This document shows positions 1 through 8,984 of a DNA stretch of 64,000 nt, in pieces. Made by a program: the position numbers and the translations under genes. The notes under the pieces are model-generated. The model was not told the DNA's origin. It saw only the letters and a list, made by a program, of their open reading frames with translations, and ran no database searches. This DNA is from Candidatus Caldarchaeum sp. (lineage in GTDB: Archaea; Thermoproteota; Nitrososphaeria_A; Caldarchaeales; Caldarchaeaceae): assembly GCA_038885755.1 (NCBI GenBank), contig JAVZZH010000001.1, forward strand, positions 544,558 through 608,557. The letters run 5' to 3'. The stretch's first letter is position 1; each line of letters opens with the position of its first letter.

Positions 1-1
1 C

Positions 2-376
2 CCGTACGAGGTCAAGGAGGCTTACGGAGACGACTGGCTGGAGGCTGTGAAAGTGGTGAACAACAAAACAGGCGAGGAGCAGGTGATCGAGTGCGACGCC
101 TTGATTCTGCAGCTTGGACACCTCGTCGACGTATCGCTGTTCAAGAAGTGGGGCCTCGAGATGGAGGGAAACGCTATCAAGATAAACGGGCGTTGCGAAA
201 CCAACATCCCCGGCGTCTACGCCGCTGGAGACATAGCTGCTCCAACGGACTCGGTCAAGCTAGCTCTGCTGGTCGTAGGGTTTGCCCAAGCAGCTGTCGC
301 CGTCAACGTAGCCAAGAACTACATAGACCCCAAGTCTAGCTACTTCCCGGGCCACAGCTCTGAGAGGAGGATGTAG
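2..376 (+). CDS. Ferredoxin-NADP+ reductase / thioredoxin reductase-like flavoprotein, 5'-truncated by the window edge
   Basis: The frame is open from position 2. It contains the C-terminal FAD motif 'TNIPGVYAAGDIA' and ends in 'PGHSS', a tail typical of TrxB-like FNRs. Confidence 0.75.
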   Translation, partial: PYEVKEAYGDDWLEAVKVVNNKTGEEQVIECDALILQLGHLVDVSLFKKWGLEMEGNAIKINGRCETNIPGVYAAGDIAAPTDSVKLALLVVGFAQAAVAVNVAKNYIDPKSSYFPGHSSERRM

Positions 377-378
377 GC

Positions 379-1326
379 GTGGCTCTCAGAGGATATTTGG
401 TCGGGTCTTTCCCGAGGCCTGCCAAGCTGATCAAGCTTCTAAGAGACTATTCGAAGGGGAAGGTGGGTAGAGAGCAGGTCGAGAGTGAAGTCGACAAGAC
501 TGTCGAGATGGTCGTGAGGATTCAGGTTGAGAACAAGCTGGCTTACGTTTCCGACGGCATGCTGCTCTGGGACGACCTCTTCAGGCCCTTCTCTACAATC
601 GTCGACGGCGTTGAGGTTGACGGGCTGTCGAGATGGTTTGACAACAACGTCTTCTACAAGAAGCTGGTGGTCAAGGACAGGCTCGTCCTGAAAAAGCCGC
701 TGGGTGATATGTTCTACAAGCCTGCGGGAAACCATCCGTCCAAGCTCATCCTCCCCGACCCCTACACTGCTGCAACCCTCTCGGAGAACAACTACTACAG
801 AAGCTTCGAAGAACTCGCCTACGACTGGGCCGAGGTAATAGGTCAGACAGCTGCGTCTGTGAAGAACGTTCAACAGCTTCAGCTCACCGCTCCCAGCCTC
901 GTCTTCGAAAAAGTCTCAACAGATCACCTCGAGACGGCGAGGGAATGCGTGAGAATCGTCAGGAACAAGGCGAGATGCGAGCTCCTCATTCACACGCCCT
1001 TCGGGCCTCTATCGAACGCTCTCCCCGGCATCCTAGATTTTCCCGTCGACGTCGTCGGAGTAGACCTTTTGAAGACAAGGATCAGCCATCTTTCGGAGTA
1101 CAGCATCGACAAACATCTCTACCTCGGCGTGCTGGACGGCAGGAACACGCTGCCGGAGGATGTTGAAACGGTCGTCAGCACCATCGAAAACCTGTTCAGC
1201 AAAACGGGTCTGAAGAACGCCGACGTAGGGCCCACGTGCGAGCTGGAGTTCCTCCCCTTCGAACCCGCCGTTGACAAGGTTAAAAAACTCGGCGAGGTTC
1301 TTGAGAGGGCTGCGGAGAAGATATGA
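379..1326 (+). CDS. Cobalamin-independent methionine synthase, N-terminal-barrel-like subunit (split MetE)
   Basis: Motifs 'VGSFPRP', 'SDGMLLWDD', 'RWFDNNVFY' and 'GVLDGRN' are present. It lacks the HxC zinc motif and overlaps the catalytic subunit gene by ATGA. Confidence 0.8.
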   Translation: MALRGYLVGSFPRPAKLIKLLRDYSKGKVGREQVESEVDKTVEMVVRIQVENKLAYVSDGMLLWDDLFRPFSTIVDGVEVDGLSRWFDNNVFYKKLVVKDRLVLKKPLGDMFYKPAGNHPSKLILPDPYTAATLSENNYYRSFEELAYDWAEVIGQTAASVKNVQQLQLTAPSLVFEKVSTDHLETARECVRIVRNKARCELLIHTPFGPLSNALPGILDFPVDVVGVDLLKTRISHLSEYSIDKHLYLGVLDGRNTLPEDVETVVSTIENLFSKTGLKNADVGPTCELEFLPFEPAVDKVKKLGEVLERAAEKI

Positions 1327-2444
1327 AGCCGTTTGAGACGATGGAGGTGGGCAGCCTCAACAAGGCGCCGTTCATCTCGAAGAACGTTGAACGGGCGGCG
1401 TCCGAGGCCGAGAGATGGGGGAGACGGCTCGAGGTCGAGAACCATGTTGAACTAGTCGGGAAGATAAAAAGGAACGAGCTTACTGCTGAAGAGCTTGCCG
1501 ACTGGGCCTGCCTTTACGGCTTGAGGTTCTTCGAGAAGGCCGGGCTCGACGTGGTTTACGACGGCGAGCAGAGGAGGATGGAGATGTACGAGTATCCCCT
1601 TCAGTTCGTTCAAGGCTTCGAGTTCAGAGGCGTTGTAAGGGTGTGGGACAACGAATACTACAGGAAGGCCGCGGTCGTAGACAGTCCACGGCTTTTGAAG
1701 CCCTACCACTTGGATGAGCTGAGGTTCAACAAGAGAAACGCTCGAAAACGCCTGAAGGTGCCCGTGACTGCTGCCTACACCCTGGCTGACTGGTCTTTCG
1801 ACGAACACTACATCAAGAAAGCTGCCGGCGAAGACTTCTTCGAGAGACAGCAGAGAGCTAGGCACAGCTTCGTCATGGACCTCGTCTCGAACGTCGTGAG
1901 GCCCGTCGTGCAGGCTTTAGACAGAGAGGGAGTGGATTACATCCAGCTCGACGAGCCGGCGGCAGCCACCAAGCCCTACGAGGCAAGCCTCGTGGTGGAG
2001 AGCCTTAACGAGACCATCAAAGGCCTCCGCTCCAAGATAGCTGTCCACATCTGCTACACAAACTACGAAGCCCTGTTCCCGGCTCTACTAGAGCTGAAGG
2101 CCGACGTCCTCTCGGTTTCATGCTCGAACGCCGACACGACGAGGCTGGGCGTAGACGACGATTCGAGGAGAGGCTTCAGAATGCTGGAGAAGTTCAGCCA
2201 GTACTCCCTGCCCTTCAGAATCGCGCCGGGCGTCGTAGACGTGCACACAGACTTCGTCGAGAGCCCCGAGCTCGTCCGAGACAGGCTTCTGTACGCGGCT
2301 AGAGTTATGAAGGACCCGGGGCTGGTGGTTGCGTGCAACGACTGCGGCCTGAGGACGAGGAGGTGGGACGTGGCTTTCGAGAAGCAGGTCAGCTTGGCGA
2401 AAGGAGCTCAGCTAGCACGCAGCATATTAGAGGAGGGGCGTTAG
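1323..2444 (+). CDS. metE: Cobalamin-independent methionine synthase, catalytic subunit
   Basis: Motifs 'DGEQRR', 'IQLDEPA', zinc motif 'VHICY', 'PGVVDVH' and 'NDCGL'. Confidence 0.85.
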   Translation: MKPFETMEVGSLNKAPFISKNVERAASEAERWGRRLEVENHVELVGKIKRNELTAEELADWACLYGLRFFEKAGLDVVYDGEQRRMEMYEYPLQFVQGFEFRGVVRVWDNEYYRKAAVVDSPRLLKPYHLDELRFNKRNARKRLKVPVTAAYTLADWSFDEHYIKKAAGEDFFERQQRARHSFVMDLVSNVVRPVVQALDREGVDYIQLDEPAAATKPYEASLVVESLNETIKGLRSKIAVHICYTNYEALFPALLELKADVLSVSCSNADTTRLGVDDDSRRGFRMLEKFSQYSLPFRIAPGVVDVHTDFVESPELVRDRLLYAARVMKDPGLVVACNDCGLRTRRWDVAFEKQVSLAKGAQLARSILEEGR

Positions 2445-2926
2445 GAGGATTTCTCCTCGGACTTAGCCTGTGCCTGAGCAGCCGCCTTCCTCGAAACTCC
2501 CACAGTCATGCCGCTCCTGCCTGTCGTCCTCGTCCTCTGCCCCCTCACCTTGAGGCCTAGGGAATGCCTAATCCCCTTCCAGCTCTTCGTCCTCATCATC
2601 GTCTGAATGTCCTCCTTGACAGCCAGGTCCAGGTCGGCTCCTATGAGATGTAGGTTCTTACCCGTGGAAGGGTCTCGGCTTCTGTTGAGCATCCAGCCCG
2701 GGATTCCATGGGCTTCGGGGTTCCTGGCTATCTGCTCCAGCTTCTCTATCTGCTTGTCTGTAAGCTGGCCTATACGCGTGTCGGGGTCGATGCCCGAAAC
2801 CCTGGCTATCGCATACCCTAGGTTTACACCGATTCCCTTGACCCGTGCAAGGGCGTAGGGTATCTTCAGCGTCCCGTCTAAGTCAGTGTTAAGCACCCGG
2901 ACGATGTACCTAAGCTCTGACGACAT
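2441..2926 (-). CDS. rps13: 30S ribosomal protein S13
   Basis: Motifs 'IVRVLNTDLDG', 'VKGIG' and 'RHSLGLKVRGQRTRTTGR'. The start is placed at MSSELRY. Confidence 0.95.
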   Translation of the reverse strand: MSSELRYIVRVLNTDLDGTLKIPYALARVKGIGVNLGYAIARVSGIDPDTRIGQLTDKQIEKLEQIARNPEAHGIPGWMLNRSRDPSTGKNLHLIGADLDLAVKEDIQTMMRTKSWKGIRHSLGLKVRGQRTRTTGRSGMTVGVSRKAAAQAQAKSEEKSS

Positions 2927-2980
2927 CCATCTGTAAGGTCCTCGACGTCTATATAAGCATGCAAACAACCCTGTAATGCC

Positions 2981-3748
2981 ATGGGCTTGCTGGAGGGCAA
3001 GAAAGTGCTGGTTTCCGGGGCCTCGGGAGGAATCGGCAGGGCTGTTGTCGTGGAGTTTCTCCGGGAAGGAGCTTACGTCGCAGCCGGAGCCCGGCGTGTG
3101 AACGTTCTCAAGAGCTTGCAGGAAGAGGCGGGGGAGGAGGGTTTGAAACGTCTGGCCGTCGGATATCTCGACGTCTCGGACGAAAGCTCAGTCGCAGATT
3201 TTGTCGACGCTGCGGTGGAGAGGTTCGGCGGCGTGGACGCCCTGCTGAACGTCGCCGGCTACGTCATCGAGGAGAGTCTCTGGAGCAAGCGGCTCGTCGA
3301 CCACACCGTCGAGGACTTGATGAAGGTCATGAGAGTCGACCTACTCGGCTCCTTCCTCATGGTCAAGCACGTGATCCCGTCGATGGCTAGGAACGGGTCG
3401 GGCGTGATCGTCAACTTCGCCTCCACACCTCCTCTAACAGGCTACGACAAAGGTCTGGCCTACAGCTTGGCGAAAGCAGCCGTGATTGCGCTGACGAAGC
3501 ACGTGGCCAGAGAATACGGAGGCCGTGGTGTCAGAGCCTACACGCTTGCCCTCGGAAACATAGAGACGGAGGCCACGGTCTCGGCGACGTCGGAGGAGGA
3601 GTACTTGGAGCTGGCCAGGGAATGCTCCATGCAGCGCTGGGGAAGGCCTGAAGAGGTGGCTTCAGCTGCCTGCCTGCTGTGCTCTGACAAAGCATCCTTC
3701 ATAAACGGCCAGACGATAGTAGTGGACGGCGGCGCCGTGATGCTCTAA
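2981..3748 (+). CDS. SDR family NAD(P)-dependent oxidoreductase
   Basis: SGASGGIG Rossmann motif, YxxxK ('YSLAK') and C-terminal 'INGQTIVVDGG'. Confidence 0.9.
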   Translation: MGLLEGKKVLVSGASGGIGRAVVVEFLREGAYVAAGARRVNVLKSLQEEAGEEGLKRLAVGYLDVSDESSVADFVDAAVERFGGVDALLNVAGYVIEESLWSKRLVDHTVEDLMKVMRVDLLGSFLMVKHVIPSMARNGSGVIVNFASTPPLTGYDKGLAYSLAKAAVIALTKHVAREYGGRGVRAYTLALGNIETEATVSATSEEEYLELARECSMQRWGRPEEVASAACLLCSDKASFINGQTIVVDGGAVML

Positions 3749-3802
3749 TCACTTCGGGAAAGCTTAATAAACAGAAGGTTCGGTGAATATTCTAGGGATT
3801 CC

Positions 3803-4105
3803 ATGGCGATTCAGGGAATCGAGTGGATTGTCGTGGCGGTGGTGGTTCTTCTCCTCTTCCTCTGGGGACCTGAAAAGCTTCCCAAGATAGCCCGGTCGAT
3901 AGGGCAGGCGAAGAAGGAGTTTGAGAAAGCATCGAGGGGGTTGGAGGAGGAGATCAACAAGGCTGCTTCACTCCAGCCGTCTGCTTCATCTCCCCCCGAC
4001 GACAAGCTGCTTGAGGTTGCCAGGGCTTTGAACATCCAGACCGAAGGGCTCACTAGGGACGAGATAGCCAAAGCCATCGTCGAGAAGTCTCAGAAGACCG
4101 CATAA
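3803..4105 (+). CDS. tatA: Twin-arginine translocase TatA/E
   Basis: N-terminal TM helix followed by 'WGPEKLPKIARSIGQAKKEF'; adjacent to tatC. Confidence 0.9.
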   Translation: MAIQGIEWIVVAVVVLLLFLWGPEKLPKIARSIGQAKKEFEKASRGLEEEINKAASLQPSASSPPDDKLLEVARALNIQTEGLTRDEIAKAIVEKSQKTA

Positions 4106-4137
4106 CATTATATTGCGTAAGCCCAGAGGATGGGGCG

Positions 4138-5001
4138 TTGAGCAGAGACAAGGAGATGCCCCTAATCGAGCATATCAGAGAGCTTAAAGACCGTGTAAAA
4201 GTGATAATAGTCTCGTTCATAATCGCCCTCATCTTCTGGCTGGCTTTTCCAGCCGACCTGTCGGCAGCCTCCATAAACCCGGAGTTCTACGAGCCGATGG
4301 TCTCGCTCGTACTGAAGCGAATAGTCAGCGACGTGGGAGGCGGGAGGCTGACAATCATAGGCTGCAGCGTGACCTCACCCTTCGAGATAATCTTCTTGGC
4401 CGCGGCTTTCCTAGCATTAGCATCCATCATGCCGGTCATAGGCTATGAAACCTACGCATACGTCGACCCGGCTCTGTACCCGCATGAAAGGAGGACTATC
4501 TACGGGTTCACGGCAGGCTTCTTCGGGCTTTTCTCAGCAGGCGCCTTGTTCGGCTACTTCGTCGCCGCCCCGCTGCTCATGAGGGCGATGGTCTTCTTCT
4601 TCGAGCTGGCGGGCATAAACCCAACCGTCTGCGCCATGGACTTCTACAGCCTCGTCTTCACAACGGTCCTACTCATAGGAGTTGTCTTCACCTCTCCCGC
4701 CGTACTGGTTGTCTTGGTGAGGTTCGGGCTTGTTAGAACCGAGTCGATAACCAAAAACAGGCTGTACATCTACGGCCTGCTGTACATAGCCGTAGCCTTC
4801 ATAACCCCTGACGGATGGCTGGTCGGAAACGCGATACTGTTTCTCCCCCTTGTTGCTTTGATAGAGTCCTCAATCATCGTGGCTAGAAGGGTTGAGAGAA
4901 GCAGGGAGAGCAGCGTGGACGTCGTGCGATGCAAGTTCTGCGGCTCAGCAATGAAGGAGGGGCAGGTCTTCTGCGCTAAGTGCGGCAGGGCTCAGGAATG
5001 A
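4138..5001 (+). CDS. tatC: Twin-arginine translocase TatC with C-terminal zinc ribbon
   Basis: Motifs 'MPLIEHIRELKDR', 'PALYPHER' and 'AFITPDG', about six TM helices, and a CxxC-x10-CxxC tail. Confidence 0.9.
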   Translation: MSRDKEMPLIEHIRELKDRVKVIIVSFIIALIFWLAFPADLSAASINPEFYEPMVSLVLKRIVSDVGGGRLTIIGCSVTSPFEIIFLAAAFLALASIMPVIGYETYAYVDPALYPHERRTIYGFTAGFFGLFSAGALFGYFVAAPLLMRAMVFFFELAGINPTVCAMDFYSLVFTTVLLIGVVFTSPAVLVVLVRFGLVRTESITKNRLYIYGLLYIAVAFITPDGWLVGNAILFLPLVALIESSIIVARRVERSRESSVDVVRCKFCGSAMKEGQVFCAKCGRAQE

Positions 5002-5573
5002 TACGTCCAGTAGGCGTAGATGTAGTAGGCAGAGTTGTTGACCGCGTGGACGATTATAGGCGGGGTCAGAGACCTCGACCTGTCCAAGCTGTAGGCGGTG
5101 AACAAGCCGATGAAGAGCGTTGGGAGAAGCCTGTAAACATCTAGGTGAGCTATTGCGAAAATCGTCGAGGAGGCGATTACAGCCATGGGTTGTCCCAGCG
5201 CGTTCCTGAGCCTTACGTGGATGAAGCCTCTGAACAAGACCTCCTCGGCCGGAGCGGTCAGCACGAAGGACAACAGAACGAACGCGGCTAGCTGCTCTAG
5301 GTTTTTCGGGGATAGACTCTCCACGAGCTCAACATACCTTCTGTCAGGCGTGAAAGCAAGCGAGACCGCGTGAGAGGATGTGAAAGCTGCGGCGACAGCT
5401 GCGGGAGCTGTCTTGAAAGCTGTTCCGAGACCAGCCGGCCTCAGGAGAGACCTGTCGACCTTTCCGAGCAGCACGTAGACGGACGATAGGAGGAGTAGAG
5501 AAAGCTGCGGCACCCAGACCCCCGTCAACCCCACAGAGCTAGAGACAGCGTATGAGGTCTGAGCAACGACCAC
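4992..5573 (-). CDS. CPBP (CAAX protease/Abi) family intramembrane metalloprotease
   Basis: Motifs 'EEVLFRG', 'FAIAH' and 'HAVNN'. The start codon is uncertain. Confidence 0.85.
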   Translation of the reverse strand: MVVAQTSYAVSSSVGLTGVWVPQLSLLLLSSVYVLLGKVDRSLLRPAGLGTAFKTAPAAVAAAFTSSHAVSLAFTPDRRYVELVESLSPKNLEQLAAFVLLSFVLTAPAEEVLFRGFIHVRLRNALGQPMAVIASSTIFAIAHLDVYRLLPTLFIGLFTAYSLDRSRSLTPPIIVHAVNNSAYYIYAYWTYHS

Positions 5574-5610
5574 GGCTAGGCTGGCCGTCGTCAGCGCCGA
5601 AAGTAATGCT

Positions 5611-5934
5611 TCATCCCTGCTGGACAGAGCTCCTCAGCCCTTTCAGAGTTCCTGAGACTTTGACGGTTCTCACGACTGTCTCTACCCCTCTAACCCTCCG
5701 CACGAGCGATGCGGCCAAAACCGCTCCGGGAACCCATTCGTTGTAGCATGAAACAATCAACCGGCCGCCTAAGGTCATGGTCTTGAAGCCCGACACAGCC
5801 AGCCCCATCCTTCCATGAAGCCTCTCGAAAACATCTTGGACGGCTTCAGCCACCGAGTCGACGCCAACCTGCCCAGAATGCCTCAGCAAGACGTAGCGTC
5901 TCTTCAACCGCAGAAACCTATCCGTCAAACACAT
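5611..5934 (-). CDS. rnp2: RNase P protein Pop5 (Rpp14/Pop5)
   Basis: 'KRRYVL' and C-terminal 'VSGTLK'; lies next to rpp30. Confidence 0.8.
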   Translation of the reverse strand: MCLTDRFLRLKRRYVLLRHSGQVGVDSVAEAVQDVFERLHGRMGLAVSGFKTMTLGGRLIVSCYNEWVPGAVLAASLVRRVRGVETVVRTVKVSGTLKGLRSSVQQG

Positions 5935-6524
5935 CTATCCTCCAACAACTTCAAGGGAATGGTTGAAACCGAGTCGAGAACAGGGCTCTCCACACCTTTC
6001 AGCGCCGCGAGAATGTAGCCCAGCTGCTGAGGTGGAAGCAGCTCTTCCTCTCGGGAGGCTCCGCTTGAGATGATTGTGGGAATTCCCACGGCGTCGGCTG
6101 CCTTGACGATCCTCATCAGGCTCCTCCACTTCCTGCCGTCGTTAAAGCACTCGATTATCTCGGCTACAGTTAATTCGAGGACGTTCTTAAAAACTTGAGC
6201 TACGTGCCTGTCGACGTCGGCCATGCCGCCGTAAACCATTACCGTCCCGACGCGCCCGTCCCTCGCAGCTACCATCAAAGCCTCACGACTAAGCGGCTTG
6301 ACGCAGACCAGAACATTCCTCTCCAGCCGGCGAAGACGGCTTAGAAGGTCCGACCTCGACTCAACCTCGAGAAACTCCTTCCTGTGGACGGTGATCCCCA
6401 GGCTTGAAGCATCGTAAACCTCTTCTCCAACCACGCACACGTGGCCGTAGCCCATTCCAGCCATGGTTGAAGCCATGCTCCTATCCATCCTCAACACATG
6501 CAAGTCTACGTATCTTCTAGGCAT
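5925..6524 (-). CDS. rnp3: RNase P protein Rpp30
   Basis: 'YVDLHV' and 'IISSGA'; conserved position between Pop5 and the DUF54-like gene. Confidence 0.75.
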   Translation of the reverse strand: MPRRYVDLHVLRMDRSMASTMAGMGYGHVCVVGEEVYDASSLGITVHRKEFLEVESRSDLLSRLRRLERNVLVCVKPLSREALMVAARDGRVGTVMVYGGMADVDRHVAQVFKNVLELTVAEIIECFNDGRKWRSLMRIVKAADAVGIPTIISSGASREEELLPPQQLGYILAALKGVESPVLDSVSTIPLKLLEDRCV

Positions 6525-6907
6525 CTATACATCTCTCTCCAATCACCCACGTACGTGAACTCGAGCTTGACCGGGTCAACATCCGAGTCAGCTATACTGC
6601 CTTGGTAGGCTTTCTGCTTGTCGACCCGTAGATGAAGCCTACCACCTCCTCCCGGCTTGGCCTCGACTCCCACCGCCCCGTAGCCCACATGCTTGACGAC
6701 ATTCTTGAAAACCTTCAACACATCGCCTTCGTCGGCGACCATGCACTCGACCACCGTGATGGGGTCGCCGTAGTGGCCCTCCACCACGTTCTTCTCAACG
6801 TTAAAGCCTACGCCTCCAAGCACGTTTTCAACTGCTTTCATCACCTTGTCCAAATCCTCCGTGGCGTAGCTGTGAACCCTGACTCTCAGCCGCGTCAGCC
6901 TGAGCAT
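6506..6907 (-). CDS. DUF54-type RNA-binding protein (exosome/RNase P neighbourhood)
   Basis: Motifs 'YATEDLDKV', 'EGHYGDPI' and 'LRVDKQ'. Confidence 0.8.
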   Translation of the reverse strand: MLRLTRLRVRVHSYATEDLDKVMKAVENVLGGVGFNVEKNVVEGHYGDPITVVECMVADEGDVLKVFKNVVKHVGYGAVGVEAKPGGGGRLHLRVDKQKAYQGSIADSDVDPVKLEFTYVGDWREMYRCLEDT

Positions 6908-6980
6908 CCTGACCTGCTTCTCTCCGGGTCGCCATATAGGTTTTCAACTTTAAGAATAACCCCGAAAGCTGAATGTCAAG

Positions 6981-7415
6981 TTGACGTCGGTATACAAGCT
7001 GATTAACAAAGCTTGGAGAGAGAGGCCTGCGACGCTGGTGTCGTCCATCCGGTCTAGGATGGTCTCGTGGAGGCGGGAGAAGAGCGTCGTGCGTGTCGAC
7101 AAGCCTCTCAGAATCGACAGGGCTAGGAGTTTAGGCTACCGAGCCAAGCCGGGCTACGTTGTTCTTAGGGTTAGGGTCAGGCGTGGAGGGTTCAGCAAGC
7201 CGAGGCCTAGGTCTGGAAGAAGGCCGAAAGCCATAGGCGTCGTCAAACACAAGGTAAACCTTTCGCTTAAGGAGGAGGCCATCCGCAGAGGTTTGAAGAA
7301 GTATCCCAACCTCAGGGCTTTGGGAGCCTATCCTCTCGCCGCAGACTCGCTCTACAAATGGTTTGAAGTCGTTGCCGTAGACCCCAGCCATCCAGCAGTC
7401 AAACTCAATAAATAA
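6981..7415 (+). CDS. rpl15e: 50S ribosomal protein L15e (short form)
   Basis: Motifs 'RIDRARSLGYRAKPG', 'GRRPK', 'KYPNL' and 'VDPSHP'. Confidence 0.93.
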   Translation: MTSVYKLINKAWRERPATLVSSIRSRMVSWRREKSVVRVDKPLRIDRARSLGYRAKPGYVVLRVRVRRGGFSKPRPRSGRRPKAIGVVKHKVNLSLKEEAIRRGLKKYPNLRALGAYPLAADSLYKWFEVVAVDPSHPAVKLNK

Positions 7416-7440
7416 GGCGCGGCTTTGGACATGGTTTAGG

Positions 7441-8649
7441 ATGGAGCTGGCGGGCATAGTCGGGAAGCCTAACGTAGGCAAGAGCACGCTCTTCTCAGCT
7501 CTCAGCATGACGGAGGTCGAGATAGCCAACTATCCGTTCACAACCAAGAAGCCCAACGTCGGAATCACCTACGTAAGGCTTGATTGCGTCTGCAAAAAAC
7601 TCGGAGTCAAAGACAACCCGCGAAACTCGCTCTGCGTCGACGGCGTACGCCTCGCACCCATCCAGATAATAGACTGCCCGGGAATAATACACGAAGCTCA
7701 CAAGGGAAAAGGCCTCGGCCTGCAGTTCCTAGACGAAATAAGGCAAGCCTCAGCCCTCATCGTGGTCGCCGATGCTTCGGGCGGAACCCTGCTCGACGGA
7801 ACTCCTGCCGAGCCCGGCTCCCACGACCCCGTTGAGGACGTCAAGCTCGTGCTGAACGAGTTCGACATATGGCTTCGAGACATTCTTGCAAGGCACTGGG
7901 CCCGGGTTTCGAGGGCGGCTGAGGCTAGGCAGGTGAGCTTCACGGCTGAGATAAGCAAGGCTCTCTCAGGACTGGGGGTCGATGAGAAGAGTGTGATGGA
8001 GGCTGTCGCCCATCTAGGGCTTGACCTGCGCAAGCCGACGAGCTGGAGCTCGGCCGACCTGCTGAGGCTGTCCACGGAGCTGAGGGTTAGGACCAAGCCC
8101 GTTGTAGTGGCGGCTAACAAATGCGACGTCCCCGGGTCTGAGGCGAATGTGGAGAGGCTTCGGCAAGCAGGCTTCGACGTCGTCCCCTGCTCGGCCGAGG
8201 CCGAGAGAACTCTGAGGCTGGCTGCATCGAAGGGTCTGGTCAGGTACTTGCCCGGCGACAGCAACTTCACAGTGTTGAAGGACGCGCAGCTCACCGATGC
8301 GCAGAAAAAAGCCTTGGACAAGATTAGGGAGAGAGTCTTCTCGAGGTGGGGAGGGACGGGTGTTCAGCAGCTTGTCAACAAAGCCTACTTGGAGAAGCTC
8401 GGCTACATACCTGTCTACCCGGTCGAGAACCCCCACAGCCTGACCGACCACGACGGCAACGTCCTCCCGGACGTCTACTTGATGCCCTCAGGCTCCACGC
8501 CCAGAGACCTAGCCTACAAAATACACTCCGAGCTGGGCGAAGGCTACCTGTATGCGGTAGACGCCCTCACAGGCCTGAGGCTGGCCGACGACAACCCCCT
8601 CAAGCCCGACCAAGTAGTCTCCATAGTATCCGCCGGAAGACGGGGCTAG
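7441..8649 (+). CDS. YchF/Obg-family translation-associated GTPase/ATPase with TGS domain
   Basis: 'GKPNVGKST', 'NYPFTT', 'DCPG', 'NKCD' and a C-terminal TGS segment 'LAYKIHSEL'. Confidence 0.9.
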   Translation: MELAGIVGKPNVGKSTLFSALSMTEVEIANYPFTTKKPNVGITYVRLDCVCKKLGVKDNPRNSLCVDGVRLAPIQIIDCPGIIHEAHKGKGLGLQFLDEIRQASALIVVADASGGTLLDGTPAEPGSHDPVEDVKLVLNEFDIWLRDILARHWARVSRAAEARQVSFTAEISKALSGLGVDEKSVMEAVAHLGLDLRKPTSWSSADLLRLSTELRVRTKPVVVAANKCDVPGSEANVERLRQAGFDVVPCSAEAERTLRLAASKGLVRYLPGDSNFTVLKDAQLTDAQKKALDKIRERVFSRWGGTGVQQLVNKAYLEKLGYIPVYPVENPHSLTDHDGNVLPDVYLMPSGSTPRDLAYKIHSELGEGYLYAVDALTGLRLADDNPLKPDQVVSIVSAGRRG

Positions 8650-8984
8650 AACCCTTCCCGGAAGTAGTGTCCAAGCTCCTTCCTCGAGCCGAAGCTCCTT
8701 ATACCCCTCTCCTTCAGCTGGCTGAGAAGGACTTCAGCGTAATCCTTGGACAGCTCTCCGCGTGAGAGCAGGTATTCCACAACCTCCCTACCCTGCTCGT
8801 CCGTGTCGCATCTCCGCAAATAGTCGATGACCGTCGGAGCTTTCGACGAGGCCTCCTTCTCAGCCTCCGCAGAGCTCGTCCGCACACCTCCAACTCCAAC
8901 CGAAGACTTACCTCCACAGAGCTCACGGTAGAGGGCTGGAAACCTTTTCCTAAACTCCTCGACGTCTATCTCCATCCCGGTCAA
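8646..8984 (-). CDS. DUF2095 family protein
   Basis: Motifs 'FPALYREL', 'PTVIDYLRRC' and 'GIRSFGSRK'. Confidence 0.75.
   Translation of the reverse strand: MTGMEIDVEEFRKRFPALYRELCGGKSSVGVGGVRTSSAEAEKEASSKAPTVIDYLRRCDTDEQGREVVEYLLSRGELSKDYAEVLLSQLKERGIRSFGSRKELGHYFREGF

Noticed and set aside
4992-5573. Abi/CPBP gene as an anti-phage defence system
   Set aside because: It is a generic CPBP protease in a housekeeping operon with no defence-associated neighbours.
6981-7415. L15e looks C-terminally truncated (144 aa), suggesting a pseudogene or frameshift
   Set aside because: Only 25 nt remain before the next gene, the core motifs are intact, and short L15e forms occur in Thaumarchaeota-related lineages as I recall.
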